DNA of 37,451 nucleotides from Candidatus Woesearchaeota archaeon (GCA_964518625.1 CAZFHC010000005.1:1-37451); one strand, 5' to 3'. Shown: positions 1 through 11,500, counted from the first letter of the stretch. Notes: generated by a model from the letters alone, not told the origin. Translations and numbers: made by a program.

Positions 1-2
1 TT

Positions 3-1127
3 GGCGCAGCAGTTTTAATCATATTAGTGATTTTACTACTCCAACTAACACAACCGTTCTATGATAAAGAAAATGAAGTAGCAAGGTCATACTTCACTTC
101 ATTAAAACAAACACTAAAAAATGCAAAAGAGTCTGGTTCTGACCAATTGATAATTTCACAAGATTTAGCACCAAGTAGATATTTTTTAATCTATTTTGAA
201 GATAGCTCTTATCAAACTATTAATAGTTTTGACACATACAGTTTTTTTCTTAAAGGAACAGCAGAGAACACATTATGTATTTGTCCAGTTTTAGAAGAAG
301 ATGTTAATACAATAACATGTAATAAAAAATATTGTACAAATCTAAAAAAACCTCTCTTATCGATAGAAAAAACAGCAATACCACTTGAGGCAGGAACTAC
401 AATAGATTTTTCATATTCCGAAAAATACTATTCTATAAGTTTAATTAATGAAGGTGATTTAGAGGCAGGAAAATACAAAGAAAGTTTGCTTAGAATAACA
501 GAATGTGCCAAATTTTATGACGACGACGAAATTATTACTGATTCTTCAGAGAATCCTCTGAATCAATGGGCAAAAGAAAGATTGAAAGAAACTGCAAACC
601 CCTGTCTGAAAACGGGAAGTTTATTCTTTGATAAAAGATTTATGGTATTACAGGAGTCCTATTTTGAATGTGATGGTGACTTTTTTTCCCTCAAATTTGA
701 CACAATAAAGGCAAAAAGCTTTTGGGCAGCTCTTAGTGGAACAAGCAAAGGTTTAGGCTTAATAATAGAAGATGATGAGGATTCTAAAGTATTATATAAC
801 ATCAGAAATAAAGATGAAATAATTGGAAGTATTAATATGATTAATGGAAATATTGAGATTAAAGATGAAATAGATAAGCAAAGTCGTTATCTACTAACTC
901 TCGAGAATGATGACTTGGATTATACGCTTAAAGATTTAGAATTTTATTCTCACGTAGCTACCTTCACCTATGTCATAGATGCTAAAAAGAATAATGTAAA
1001 GCCTTCGTATTCTTATGATGGTGGTAAATGGACTAATGAATTATTTAATGATAAAAATTATGATATAAAAGATGGAATCCGCGAATTAAAGAACTCTGAA
1101 ACAAATCTAAAAATAATATATAATTAA
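3..1127 (+). CDS. Membrane-anchored/secreted hypothetical protein, 5'-truncated; probably pilin-like
   Basis: The frame is open from the window edge (GAAVLIILVILLLQ..., hydrophobic) and continues into a soluble domain. It is the first gene of a tightly packed run of class III signal peptide genes. Confidence 0.6.
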   Translation, partial: GAAVLIILVILLLQLTQPFYDKENEVARSYFTSLKQTLKNAKESGSDQLIISQDLAPSRYFLIYFEDSSYQTINSFDTYSFFLKGTAENTLCICPVLEEDVNTITCNKKYCTNLKKPLLSIEKTAIPLEAGTTIDFSYSEKYYSISLINEGDLEAGKYKESLLRITECAKFYDDDEIITDSSENPLNQWAKERLKETANPCLKTGSLFFDKRFMVLQESYFECDGDFFSLKFDTIKAKSFWAALSGTSKGLGLIIEDDEDSKVLYNIRNKDEIIGSINMINGNIEIKDEIDKQSRYLLTLENDDLDYTLKDLEFYSHVATFTYVIDAKKNNVKPSYSYDGGKWTNELFNDKNYDIKDGIRELKNSETNLKIIYN

Positions 1128-1132
1128 TTACA

Positions 1133-1243
1133 ATGAAAAATAAAAAAGCAGACACAACTGAAATCCTGAAATGGATTACAATGCTCGGAATACTAGCAGC
1201 AACAACAATTGCAATAGTAAACGGAGTAAGTAAAGTTATATAA
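1133..1243 (+). CDS. 36-aa minimal pilin-like peptide (class III signal peptide)
   Basis: Not in the ORF track. Translates as MKNKKA|DTTEILKWITMLGILAATTIAIVNGVSKVI*. It fills the gap between neighbours exactly and has the same MKNKKA leader as the next gene. Confidence 0.7.
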   Translation: MKNKKADTTEILKWITMLGILAATTIAIVNGVSKVI

Positions 1244-1244
1244 A

Positions 1245-1601
1245 ATGAAAAATAAAAAAGCTAACATCTTACAAACAACATTAACTCATATTGTCTTAAT
1301 TGGAATAATCGCCATCATTTTCATATCCTCAACCGGACAAAAAATCGATTCACGATATACACAACAACAAGTTGTAGAAAAACAACTAGCCCTATTTATA
1401 GATTCTGCAATCCCTGGAATGGAATTTACAATACTAAAAGTAAAAGGTGAAATTATAATAACTAACATAGAAATATTAGACAATAAAATATACGCAACAG
1501 TTAATGGCTTACCTTCAACAACCGGACACCCTATATTCTCACAACATCAAATAAATGTGCAAAATAATAATTTTGAACTCGTAATAACAATCACAGAATG
1601 A
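1245..1601 (+). CDS. Pilin-like protein with class III signal peptide
   Basis: MKNKKA| followed by a hydrophobic helix; ATGA overlap with the next gene. Confidence 0.7.
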   Translation: MKNKKANILQTTLTHIVLIGIIAIIFISSTGQKIDSRYTQQQVVEKQLALFIDSAIPGMEFTILKVKGEIIITNIEILDNKIYATVNGLPSTTGHPIFSQHQINVQNNNFELVITITE

Positions 1602-2095
1602 AAAACAAAAAAGGATCAACATCAGAAGCAACAATAATGATATACAGAGTAATGATAATACTCTTCACCGCATTTATTGTTCTAGGTATCTCAAGTGCTA
1701 TATATCAAAATAACGTAGACATAAAGACATCAGAAGCACAAATATTAGGTAAAAAAATATCTAATTGCATAACAGAGGAAGCAACTATTTACCCAAGCAT
1801 ACTAAAGGAGAACAAAGAAAATATTCTAGAATATTGTGGCTATTCAAAAGAAGAAATACAAAGATTTACAATAAAAATAGAAATTTCATATGACGGAAAA
1901 ACAGAAACCTATAAACAAGGAAGTCTTGGAGAAATTTGGATATCTCAATTTATTAAAGAAGCAGCTAAAAACAATCAAGATTCCTATAACTATGGTATTT
2001 CAACACTAGCTTTCCCTATCCATGTTTGTATAGATGAAATCTGCCAAAAAGGAGAAATAAATATAATAACAATAGTAAATGAAGAAAATTTATAA
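1598..2095 (+). CDS. Pilin-like protein with class III signal peptide
   Basis: MKNKKG|STSE..., hydrophobic helix, paired Cys in the globular part. Confidence 0.7.
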   Translation: MKNKKGSTSEATIMIYRVMIILFTAFIVLGISSAIYQNNVDIKTSEAQILGKKISNCITEEATIYPSILKENKENILEYCGYSKEEIQRFTIKIEISYDGKTETYKQGSLGEIWISQFIKEAAKNNQDSYNYGISTLAFPIHVCIDEICQKGEINIITIVNEENL

Positions 2096-2654
2096 TAAAA
2101 AAGCACAAATAGGAAGTTTGTTCTCGAACTTCATCATGACAATAATCTTAGTTATAATAATAGCACTGTTCGTTGTCTCAAGTTCTACAATCAAATTAAA
2201 AGCAGCTAAAAATGCAGAGATTCATGATAAATTAGTAAATTTAGAGATGTATTTTGAGCAACTAAGTAATTACCAATTTTATTATTACAATAATCCAAAC
2301 ACCAAACTTGAATGCGATGAGTTTTCCATATATAGATTAATTCAAGACAAAAATTTATTATTTAGAATTAATGATAATCTTTTAGAGGTCAAACAATATG
2401 ACACAGATTGGCAAATTTTTAATTGGAATACAGGCGTAAATGGAGTTTATCAATTAAGTGAAACACCAAAAGAATGGAATATAGATCCGGTTAAGTTAGT
2501 GATAGAAGAAAAAACTGGGAATTATTATAATATAGAGATTTTTCTAAACAGTTTTTATCAGGATATTGAGAATAGAATACAAAAAAAATACAAAGAACAA
2601 ATTGAAATTTTAAAAAATTCAAACTTAATAGAAGGAGTTGGTTATGACTGCTAA
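2079..2654 (+). CDS. Pilin-like protein with class III signal peptide
   Basis: NKKA|QIGSLF followed by a hydrophobic helix. Confidence 0.7.
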   Translation: MKKIYNKKAQIGSLFSNFIMTIILVIIIALFVVSSSTIKLKAAKNAEIHDKLVNLEMYFEQLSNYQFYYYNNPNTKLECDEFSIYRLIQDKNLLFRINDNLLEVKQYDTDWQIFNWNTGVNGVYQLSETPKEWNIDPVKLVIEEKTGNYYNIEIFLNSFYQDIENRIQKKYKEQIEILKNSNLIEGVGYDC

Positions 2655-3171
2655 AAAAAATAAACGAGGAGATATCTTCGCATTATACTTCCCACTTTTA
2701 ATACTAACCCTTTGTGGAATTACGATTTTTGCTTTTGTATATAACCAAAACCAATTAAGTACAAATATTGCATCACCAGAAACAATTCTAAAACTAGAAG
2801 ACGAACTAGAAATATTTGAACATAATGAGAACATATTATTAAACGAATTAGATTTAAGCTCAGGAACAGATCTAGATAATCAAAAAAGACTTTTTTGTAC
2901 CAACCTAAAGCCCTATTCAAAATTCTTAACTTCAAATATAATATTCAATAACCAGAAGTTTGAACAATCATTCTGGGATAAAGATACTGAATGGATACCC
3001 TTTTGTGAACGTCTTTATACATTTACAAAAGATGAAAATATAATTACAATAAAACGTGAAAACTCTAAAAAACAGATTCTACTAGTGCCAGAAACGAATG
3101 AAAAAATAGGATTTAATACAAAACTGGTTTTCACACACTCAAAAGAATACAAAATAAATCTAAACAATTAA
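2644..3171 (+). CDS. Pilin-like protein with class III signal peptide
   Basis: MTAKKNKRG|DIFALYFPLLILTL; the ATG at 2644 is preferred over the track start at 2638. Confidence 0.7.
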   Translation: MTAKKNKRGDIFALYFPLLILTLCGITIFAFVYNQNQLSTNIASPETILKLEDELEIFEHNENILLNELDLSSGTDLDNQKRLFCTNLKPYSKFLTSNIIFNNQKFEQSFWDKDTEWIPFCERLYTFTKDENIITIKRENSKKQILLVPETNEKIGFNTKLVFTHSKEYKINLNN

Positions 3172-3195
3172 AAATAAATAAAACATTAATACATT

Positions 3196-3360
3196 ATGGA
3201 TTACGGAGCCCCACAAAAACGAAAAACAAAGAAAGATTTGAAAAGGAAAAGACAATATAGGGTTTACAAAAGAGGTGGACAATTCAGATCACAAGAAGTA
3301 GATGACACAAAAGAAAATTCATCAACTAAAAAAGGTAGAAAGAAAAACAAAAAACTATGA
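3196..3360 (+). CDS. 54-aa very basic hypothetical protein
   Basis: Not in the ORF track. MDYGAPQKRKTKKDLKRKRQYRVYKRGGQFRSQEVDDTKENSSTKKGRKKNKKL*; its stop overlaps the next start (ATGA). Confidence 0.65.
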   Translation: MDYGAPQKRKTKKDLKRKRQYRVYKRGGQFRSQEVDDTKENSSTKKGRKKNKKL

Positions 3361-4187
3361 TTAATTCATTTTTATTCTGGTTCCTACTCGCAGGAACAAT
3401 ACTAGCATCATTACAAGATATAAAACGAAGAGAAATTGATAGATGGTTAAATTATACACTACTAGTAGGAAGCATAATCTATTTAACATTCAATTTAATT
3501 TTCACAAAAAATATAACAATCCTAACACAAGGAATATTTACTTTCGCCATAATTTTCCTATTTAGTAACCTTCTATACTACACAAACTTTTTTGCAGGAG
3601 GAGATTCTTCGCTTTTATTCGCAATAAGTGCCTTGTTTATCGGACCAACTATTTTAACAAGCACACTAAACATTCTATCATTCATAATATTGCTAATCTT
3701 TGCAGGTAGTATTTATGGGCTAATCTATTCAATTGCATTATACATAAAAACAGCCAAGGAAACAAATAAAGAAATAAAAAAACTCTATAAAACAACAAAA
3801 ACAAAATACATACTACTTGTAAGTATCCCATTCTTCATACTAAGCTTTCTAAATATAATATTCCTTTCAATTGCAATAATATTAGTACTATATCCAGCAC
3901 TATTCATATTCGCAAAATCTCTAGAAAAAACAGCACTTACAAAAACAATCTCGGGAAAAGAATTACGGCTAGGAGACTGGATAAATGAAGATATAAAAGT
4001 AAAAGGCAATCTCATAAAGTCAGACTTCAAAGGAATAAACGAAAAAGATATTAAATTACTAAAAAACAAAAGAAAAGTAACAATAAAAAATGGATTACCC
4101 TTTGCACCATCATTCACAATTGCAATAATATTACAATATTTATTCGCAGAAAAAGTAATCTCAACAATCTTTTTATTATTTATGTAA
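3357..4187 (+). CDS. Prepilin/preflagellin peptidase (A24, PibD/FlaK-like)
   Basis: Polytopic membrane protein with QDIKRREI and AGGD catalytic aspartate motifs and a C-terminal PFAP motif; adjacent to pilin-like genes. Confidence 0.88.
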   Translation: MINSFLFWFLLAGTILASLQDIKRREIDRWLNYTLLVGSIIYLTFNLIFTKNITILTQGIFTFAIIFLFSNLLYYTNFFAGGDSSLLFAISALFIGPTILTSTLNILSFIILLIFAGSIYGLIYSIALYIKTAKETNKEIKKLYKTTKTKYILLVSIPFFILSFLNIIFLSIAIILVLYPALFIFAKSLEKTALTKTISGKELRLGDWINEDIKVKGNLIKSDFKGINEKDIKLLKNKRKVTIKNGLPFAPSFTIAIILQYLFAEKVISTIFLLFM

Positions 4188-4198
4188 AAAATTTAAAA

Positions 4199-4861
4199 TT
4201 ATGGTATTCTCTCGTCAAAATGTGGTAAACCAGCTAATTCATCTTCAACAACTTCGCTTCTCTCATTACCAGCATCAACATCTATTATGTCTTCTTCAAC
4301 AATTTCTTTCTTCTTAACTATAGCTTCAGACTCAGTCTCTTTTTCTTCTAATATCTCAGTGTCATTTATCTCCTTTTCTAAAATTTTCAAATCCTCAATG
4401 TCAGCCTTCTTCTTAACTAATTCTTCCCCATAATTGGGAATCACTTCTAAAACAGTATGTCCAACAATTTTTCCCTCATTAACATCAACATTTTTAGGAA
4501 CATATAATTTAATCAATTTACCACCAATAATCTTAGCCAAATCAGTCATTCCCTCACTAATCTCACCATCATGTTTTTTACTTATAATTAGACTATGACC
4601 TTTAGACACCGGATTTAATTCCAAAAAAGCAATCGCATCATCATTCTCACCTAATCTAAAACAAGGACTCTTCCCCTCGGCAATTGCACAAAAAGGACAA
4701 CCACCATCAGTTTGGTTTTTATTAACAAATTCCTCTAACTCTTTAGCATCCATAGAATTAATTTTCTCTCTAGCAGTACTACGTTGACCCTCAGGTAAAC
4801 CATCTAACTGCTTATAGATAGAATCCTTAATTTGTATCACCTGCTCATCATTAAATACCAT
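4199..4861 (-). CDS. HIT-family protein with degenerate histidine triad
   Basis: CPFCAI...AFLELNPVSKGHSLIISKKH is typical of HIT proteins; the triad position reads GHTVLEVIP instead of HxHxHxx. Confidence 0.8.
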   Translation of the reverse strand: MVFNDEQVIQIKDSIYKQLDGLPEGQRSTAREKINSMDAKELEEFVNKNQTDGGCPFCAIAEGKSPCFRLGENDDAIAFLELNPVSKGHSLIISKKHDGEISEGMTDLAKIIGGKLIKLYVPKNVDVNEGKIVGHTVLEVIPNYGEELVKKKADIEDLKILEKEINDTEILEEKETESEAIVKKKEIVEEDIIDVDAGNERSEVVEDELAGLPHFDERIP

Positions 4862-4969
4862 AAAAAATAAAATATATCAGATTTAATAAATCTTTAGACC
4901 TTTCTAAAAATATATTAAAAAATAAAAATAAAAATAACCTGCGAACAGGTAAACAAAAACATAGAATAT

Positions 4970-5245
4970 TTATCCTAATGCTCTTCTGTAATCAATCATC
5001 TCACAAGAAGAAACAGCATCAATTTTATCTATTGCATTACCAACATGGTCGACTTCGTTTTCTTCAGGATAAGCAAAAGAGAAAATTAAAGCTTTCAAAC
5101 CAAAAGCAATAGGTTTTTCCTCAATACTAGACATCATACCACCAAGTTCAACAATTTTAGCCTTAACAGCAGACTTAATAGCTTCGAAATCACTATCAAC
5201 ACCTTCTGGCATAACCTTATATTGAACTGCACTCATTCCCATCAT
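4970..5245 (-). CDS. ef1b: Translation elongation factor 1-beta
   Basis: KVMPEG...EEKPIAFGLKAL signature; the start is likely the ATG at 5245 or 5242. Confidence 0.93.
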   Translation of the reverse strand: MMGMSAVQYKVMPEGVDSDFEAIKSAVKAKIVELGGMMSSIEEKPIAFGLKALIFSFAYPEENEVDHVGNAIDKIDAVSSCEMIDYRRALG

Positions 5246-5262
5246 ATAAAACCTAAATTTAA

Positions 5263-5412
5263 TTACGGACCAACATATCCACATTTAGGACATGTATATT
5301 CAATAGAAAGACTTCTACATTTCTTACATCTCTTTATGGCAGAACCACATTTGGGACAAGGAAACTTTACACCATCAAGTGCATTCTTATCACAACTAAC
5401 ACATTTTTCCAT
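5263..5412 (-). CDS. Small Zn-ribbon protein (DUF1610/HVO_2753-like)
   Basis: CVSC...FPCPKCG...IKRCKKCR...YTCPKCGYVGP; the position upstream of EF-1beta is typical in archaea. Confidence 0.9.
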   Translation of the reverse strand: MEKCVSCDKNALDGVKFPCPKCGSAIKRCKKCRSLSIEYTCPKCGYVGP

Positions 5413-5503
5413 ATAAACAAACCCAATTTTAAATTTATAAGGCTTTTGGTAGACAAACAATCAACACAAACAATCCAACAAACAAACAGACAATCTTTTA
5501 CGC

Positions 5504-8500
5504 TTATTTTACAATTCTCGCCATCGTAATCTCATTCAAAAATATACTATTTCCTCTCTCCTCACTCTCATTATATCTACCAACAACAACAATACCATCG
5601 CCATCCTTCAAATCTAAAGAAGTTTTAAACTCCTCAAATACCTTCGGAAAAATAACACAATCACACTCTTTATCTCTATTCCCAATGGTTAAAAATGCCA
5701 TATCCTCTCCATTCTTCGTCCTAATTTTTTTATACATTTTAACAACCCCAAACAGACTAACCTCTTCACCATTTTTTAAACTATCATAAGAATTTAACAA
5801 AGGAGACTTCGCTTCAATATACAAATCAACTGGATTACAAGAGATACAAACACCCATTAATTCTCTCTCGAGTTCAATTTTATCACGCAAACTCAATTCT
5901 GATTCAACAACAATTTCAGGTTCATTCTTACCAAATAAAGTCATTTGCTTACCAGGACTACCCTTCTTTTTTTTAACCCCATCATAAGTAGCCAATAATT
6001 CACCTCTTCCACAACCAAAATTATCAAAACAACCAACACCTATTAGATTTCTCATAACTCTTTTGTTTACCTTAGTCAAATCAACACTATCAACAAACTT
6101 TTGAAATGATTCATAAGGTCGATTTGCTAAAATTGAATCCATAGCACCATGCCCAACATTCTTAATTCCAGATAAACCAAATCTAATAAATTTTCTCTTA
6201 GCAATTTTCTCAACATTAAAATTTTCAACAGAATAATTAATATCAGGACCCAAAATTTTAATCCCCATTTTTCTAGACTGTTCTAAATAAAAACTCATTT
6301 TTTCCGGATCATTTGTATTAGATGAAATAGTAGATGCCATAAATTCAACAGGATAATATTTTTTCAAATAAGCAGTCCTATAGGCAATCAAAGCATAGGC
6401 AGCAGCATGACTTTTATTAAACGAATACGACGCAAACTTAACAATATCTTCCCACAACTTATCAATATCAGTCTGTTCCATCTTCGCAACATTTAAACAA
6501 CCATCCTTAAATTTTTTCTCTAGGCTATTCATTAATTCTAATATTTTCTTTCCAATAGCTTTTCTCAAGGTATCAGCTTCAGCCATAGTAAATCCAGCTA
6601 ACTTCTGTGCCAACTGCATAACTTGTTCTTGATAAACCATAATACCATAAGTTGGATTTAATATTTCCTTTGCCCAAGGATGAGGATAACTTGTTTTCTC
6701 ACGACCATGTTTCCTATCAGCATAAACTTGCAAATATTGCATAGGACCTGGACGATATAATGCAACAATAGCAATAATATCATCAAAACAAGTTGGGCCA
6801 ATAGAAGTTAACGTCTTCTGCATACCACTACTTTCTAATTGAAAGACACCAACGCTATCTCCTTTACCTAACATTTCATAAACAGAAGTATCATCTAATG
6901 GAATATTCTCAAGCCATTCATTATCTTTTCCAATAAAATCCAAAATTTTCTTTGTGATATTTAATGTTTCTAAACCTAAAAAATCAAATTTGACTAAACC
7001 TCTAGCCTCAATTTCATGACCATCGGCCTGAGCAACAATAAAACCATCCTTCTCACAAACAGGAATATATTCAGTTATAGAATCCTCACCCCAAACAACA
7101 CCACAAGCATGAACACCCTTATGACGAACACCACCTTCTAATTTCATTGCAATCTCGAAAATTTCAGGATATCCTTCTTTGAAATCCAACAATTTATTAT
7201 TTGTCAATTTCCCTTTGTCATCTTTTGAATCCAAACTCTTTTGAATCGTTTTTTCACCTACATACTTAGTAACCTCGTTCGCAACATTAAATGGAATATT
7301 AAATACCCTCATTACGTCTTTCAAAACCGATTTAGCACTCATTGAACCATAAGTTCCAATTAGCGCAATTTTATCATCACCATATTTACGCTTTACATAA
7401 TTAATAACAACATCTCTATCACCAAAATCAACATCAAAATCAGGTAAACTAATTCTATCTGGATTTAAAAATCTCTCAAACAATAATCCTAAATGTAAAG
7501 GTTCCAGTTGAGTAATACCCAACAAATAAGCGACAATGCTACCAGCACCACTTCCTCTACCAGGACCAACCTGACACTGAGTTTTGGCATAAGCAATAAA
7601 GTCTTGAACAATCAGAAAATAAGTAGAAAACCCCATTTTTTTAATAACAGATAATTCATATTCCAATCTTTTTTTAGCATCTTCATACAAAACATCTTCA
7701 CCATAAACCTTTTCTAGTTTTTCAAAACACAACTTTCCCATATACTCTTCATGATTCATATTTCCGGGAGCATCGTACTTTGGCCAAACCGTCTCACCAA
7801 ATTTCCAATCAACATTACACCTCTCCGCTATCTCAACACTATTATAAACAGCATCTAACCTATCACTAAATTTCTCTTTCATTTCATCTTCGCTTAAAAC
7901 ATAATATCCATCACCATTAAAATGGAAATGATTAGGATCATCCATATTACCATTAGTTTGAATACAAAGCATAACTTCATGAGCTCTCTTATCTTCCTTC
8001 AATAAATAATGAGCATCACAGGCAGCAACCAATTTTAAACCCATTTCATCAGCCCATCTATAATAAATATCTCTAACTTTTTTCTCCTCAGGAATATTAT
8101 GATTATGAACTTCCAAATAAAAGTCCTCTTTTCCAAAAATGTCTAAATAAGCATTCATTCTTTTTTTAGCAAGCTCCAAATCATCATCAACAATTGCACG
8201 AGCAATATCATTAGCAAGACAAGCAGAAGTACAGATTAATCCATCAGAATAATCTTTCAACACTTTTAAGTCAATTCTAGGTCTATAATAGAATCCATGA
8301 CAAGCGGCAATAGAATTTAATTTAATTAAATTTTTCAAGCCAACCTCATTTTTTGCAAGCAGAACAAGATGACCTCTTTTTTCCGTTTTATCTTTAACAG
8401 TTAAATCATTTACAATATAAAATTCAGTACCAAAAATTAATTTAACACCTGCCTTTTTTGCTTCTTTATACTTATTAATCATTGATTCCATATTACCATG

Positions 8501-11500
8501 CTCAGTGATTGCAACACTATCCATTCCTAATTCTTTAACACGATTAAACAAATCTTTAACCTTAATCGCACCATCCAAGAAACTATATTCTGTATGTAAA
8601 TGTAAATGAACAAACCCATCCCGCTTCTCAATCTTCTTAGTATTCTTTTCTTTAATTATTTCTTTTGTTTGTAAATTATTGTTTATATCAAAATATTTTT
8701 CTTTTTTCACAACAACACCTTCCTTAACAACTTCTTTTATTACTTCTTTAATATTCTTTGTATCTTCTACATCTTTATTATTAAAAAGATTTGTTTTGAT
8801 AATAATATTTTCCTTCTGTTCAACTTCTTCCTCGGGAACATTTATTCCTTCATTCAAAGATAACTGTTTTTCAACACCAAATAAATTTTCAATATAATCT
8901 TTTAACAAAAATAAACTATCTTTCGTATATTCAGAAATATTATATTTCTCTGCCAGGTCAAGAGCCATTTGTAAATATTTTTTTATTGAACCATAAGAAA
9001 TAGTTAATAATAGCTTACTACCACATTTTTTACAAACACCGCTTAATGGAGGCCTTCTATATTTTTCATTACAAGAAGAACATCTGAATTGTTGTCTAAA
9101 AAACTTCTGCAAATTTCCCCTAATATCTTTCATAAAATGCTTTTCAATTATCATTCTGGCAACATCATCACTATCTACAGCCCTGATTTTTTCAACCAAC
9201 CTCATCTGCCCATCAACTTTTTCCTTCATCGTAGGCAAAGATTTGTAAGAACCATTACTAACACCAACATTAAAATCATCACTATCATGGGTAAACCCAA
9301 TTCCAACAAAAGGAGAAATTTTCTCTTTTAGTCGATTTTTTATATTATCATTTTCTATTTCACTAGAATGCTTTCTCTGCTCAGCAAACTCATACAAATT
9401 TAATGGGTAATTCCAATCAACATCATACTCCAAAATTTGGTCATCGACTTCACCGGCGAAAATCCTCCCATTTAATACTAATGGGGCATCCTGACTAGCT
9501 CCTCTATGAGAGGGTAAATAACTTCTACTAAAGTTTAAAAGTACGTCCATAAGCATCATAACGGCCATCTCGTCTCCATCACAATCCCTACGAATAGCAG
9601 CATGCATATACGGACTAGCCATAATTCCCTGTATATTACTAAATCCAATTATTCTACCAACAACTCCAGCACAATTATGTGGAGCCATACAAACAACTAG
9701 TTGCCCAATTAAATCTTCCTTAGTCTTAAAATTATAAAATTTATTACCACCATAAATTTTATCCAATTCTTCATCAATAAAATTTGCTATATTAAAGAAT
9801 ACATCATTAGCTTTTTCATCAGGACCATTAGAACAAGCAGCTAATACAATATCATGAGGTCTTAATTCTAATATCTGATTAATATCAACTAACTCCTTTC
9901 CTAAGATATCCCTATTATAACCCAATTCAATTAATTTTTCAAGACTAACTCCAATTTCTTTCGGTTTGAAATGGGTTAAAGGTATTTCCGTTCCATCATA
10001 CCTTATCGTACCATCTTTATTTACAGATAAATTATATTTAGATCGCAAAATTCCTTTCCCTATATATTCATTTACATTATCATTCTTTTTTTCCTTAACA
10101 CCCTTAACAATCGACTTAAAATTTTCATAATTATAACCCAACTTTTCCATTGCATTATTAACAACATTTTTTAATTCTTCATCAGAATTAGCAGATTCAA
10201 ATACATCATTTTGTCTTCCACCATTTTTTACAGAGAATAAACCATTGGGATTACCTGTTTGTTTCCTTAATTTAGCCTTTTCTGGTCTACCCATCCTAGC
10301 ACCAATAAAATCTCCAGATTTATCTTTAATTACAAAATTAGAAAAAATATTTATATTTTCAAGAACTTTTTTATCATCGTCAATTTTACTAATAAGATTA
10401 TTAACATCATCCCTAACACTTCCATCATTTTTTATTTTTTCAACACCAACATTATAGAACAATGCCAAACCTTCAGTCTGCTCTAAAACAACATTGTCCA
10501 AAACAATATTATGTTCCACACCAATCAATTCTAATGTACGTTTCGCATCTAAATAATTAAGCTTAGTTTCTTGTCCCCAAGGCAAAACAAATTTTTTACT
10601 CTCATCACCTCTCCAAATCCCTTTTTTTAACCAATTAAGTAAACTTTTAAAATCTTTTAATTTTATTTCATTCCAATAAAATATATATTTGGGATGTAAA
10701 GGAACAGAATACTTTCTACTTAACTCTACTGCAAAATTAAAATCAATTTTCCATTTATCATATTCAACTTTTTCTTCAACAACATCAATTTTTTTCTGCA
10801 ACTCTAAACTCCACCACTCTTCAACATAACCAGGCTTCAATAAATCAGAATTTCTATCCTTAACATCACCAAGAGAACATAAAATATCACCCAAATAAAT
10901 AATTTCAGATACCTTATCCTTATATTTTAAAGATTCATCATAACTATTTAATTTCTTCACACTACCATCTTTTAATTTAACAATAGGTCCATCAATTTTA
11001 TCACAAGAAGTTATTATAGCACCTTTTATTGGTTTTTCTAATTTTAACTGCGTACCGTGTGATAAAAAATCATCACTAACTCCCATTGTCGCAGGACTAA
11101 TTGCAACAGAACTAAAACCACTATTTCTACTCTTTCCATATCTAAATCTAAATCCACCACTTCTAGAGGGATATCCGTAGACAGGTCTTCCAGCAACAAG
11201 ATCTTTAATATAAGTAGCACCAACACTGTTCAAATGCTCTGTCTTAGAATGTATTAACAGATACTCTACAAGAAAATTCCAACCATTACTTTCAATACCA
11301 TTTTTCTTAACACCATTCAATCTATGTAATCCCTTTGCCGCCTTTTGAGCCAAACCTTCAGCTAAAACAAGACAGACACCACCTCTTATTCTATTTTCCT
11401 TAACTCTTTCTAAATTTTTAAAATTACTAACTTCAATGGCTTCCGTTGGATCACCATCTATCTGAATAGGTAAATTCTTAGCCAAAAATGTTAATTCTTC

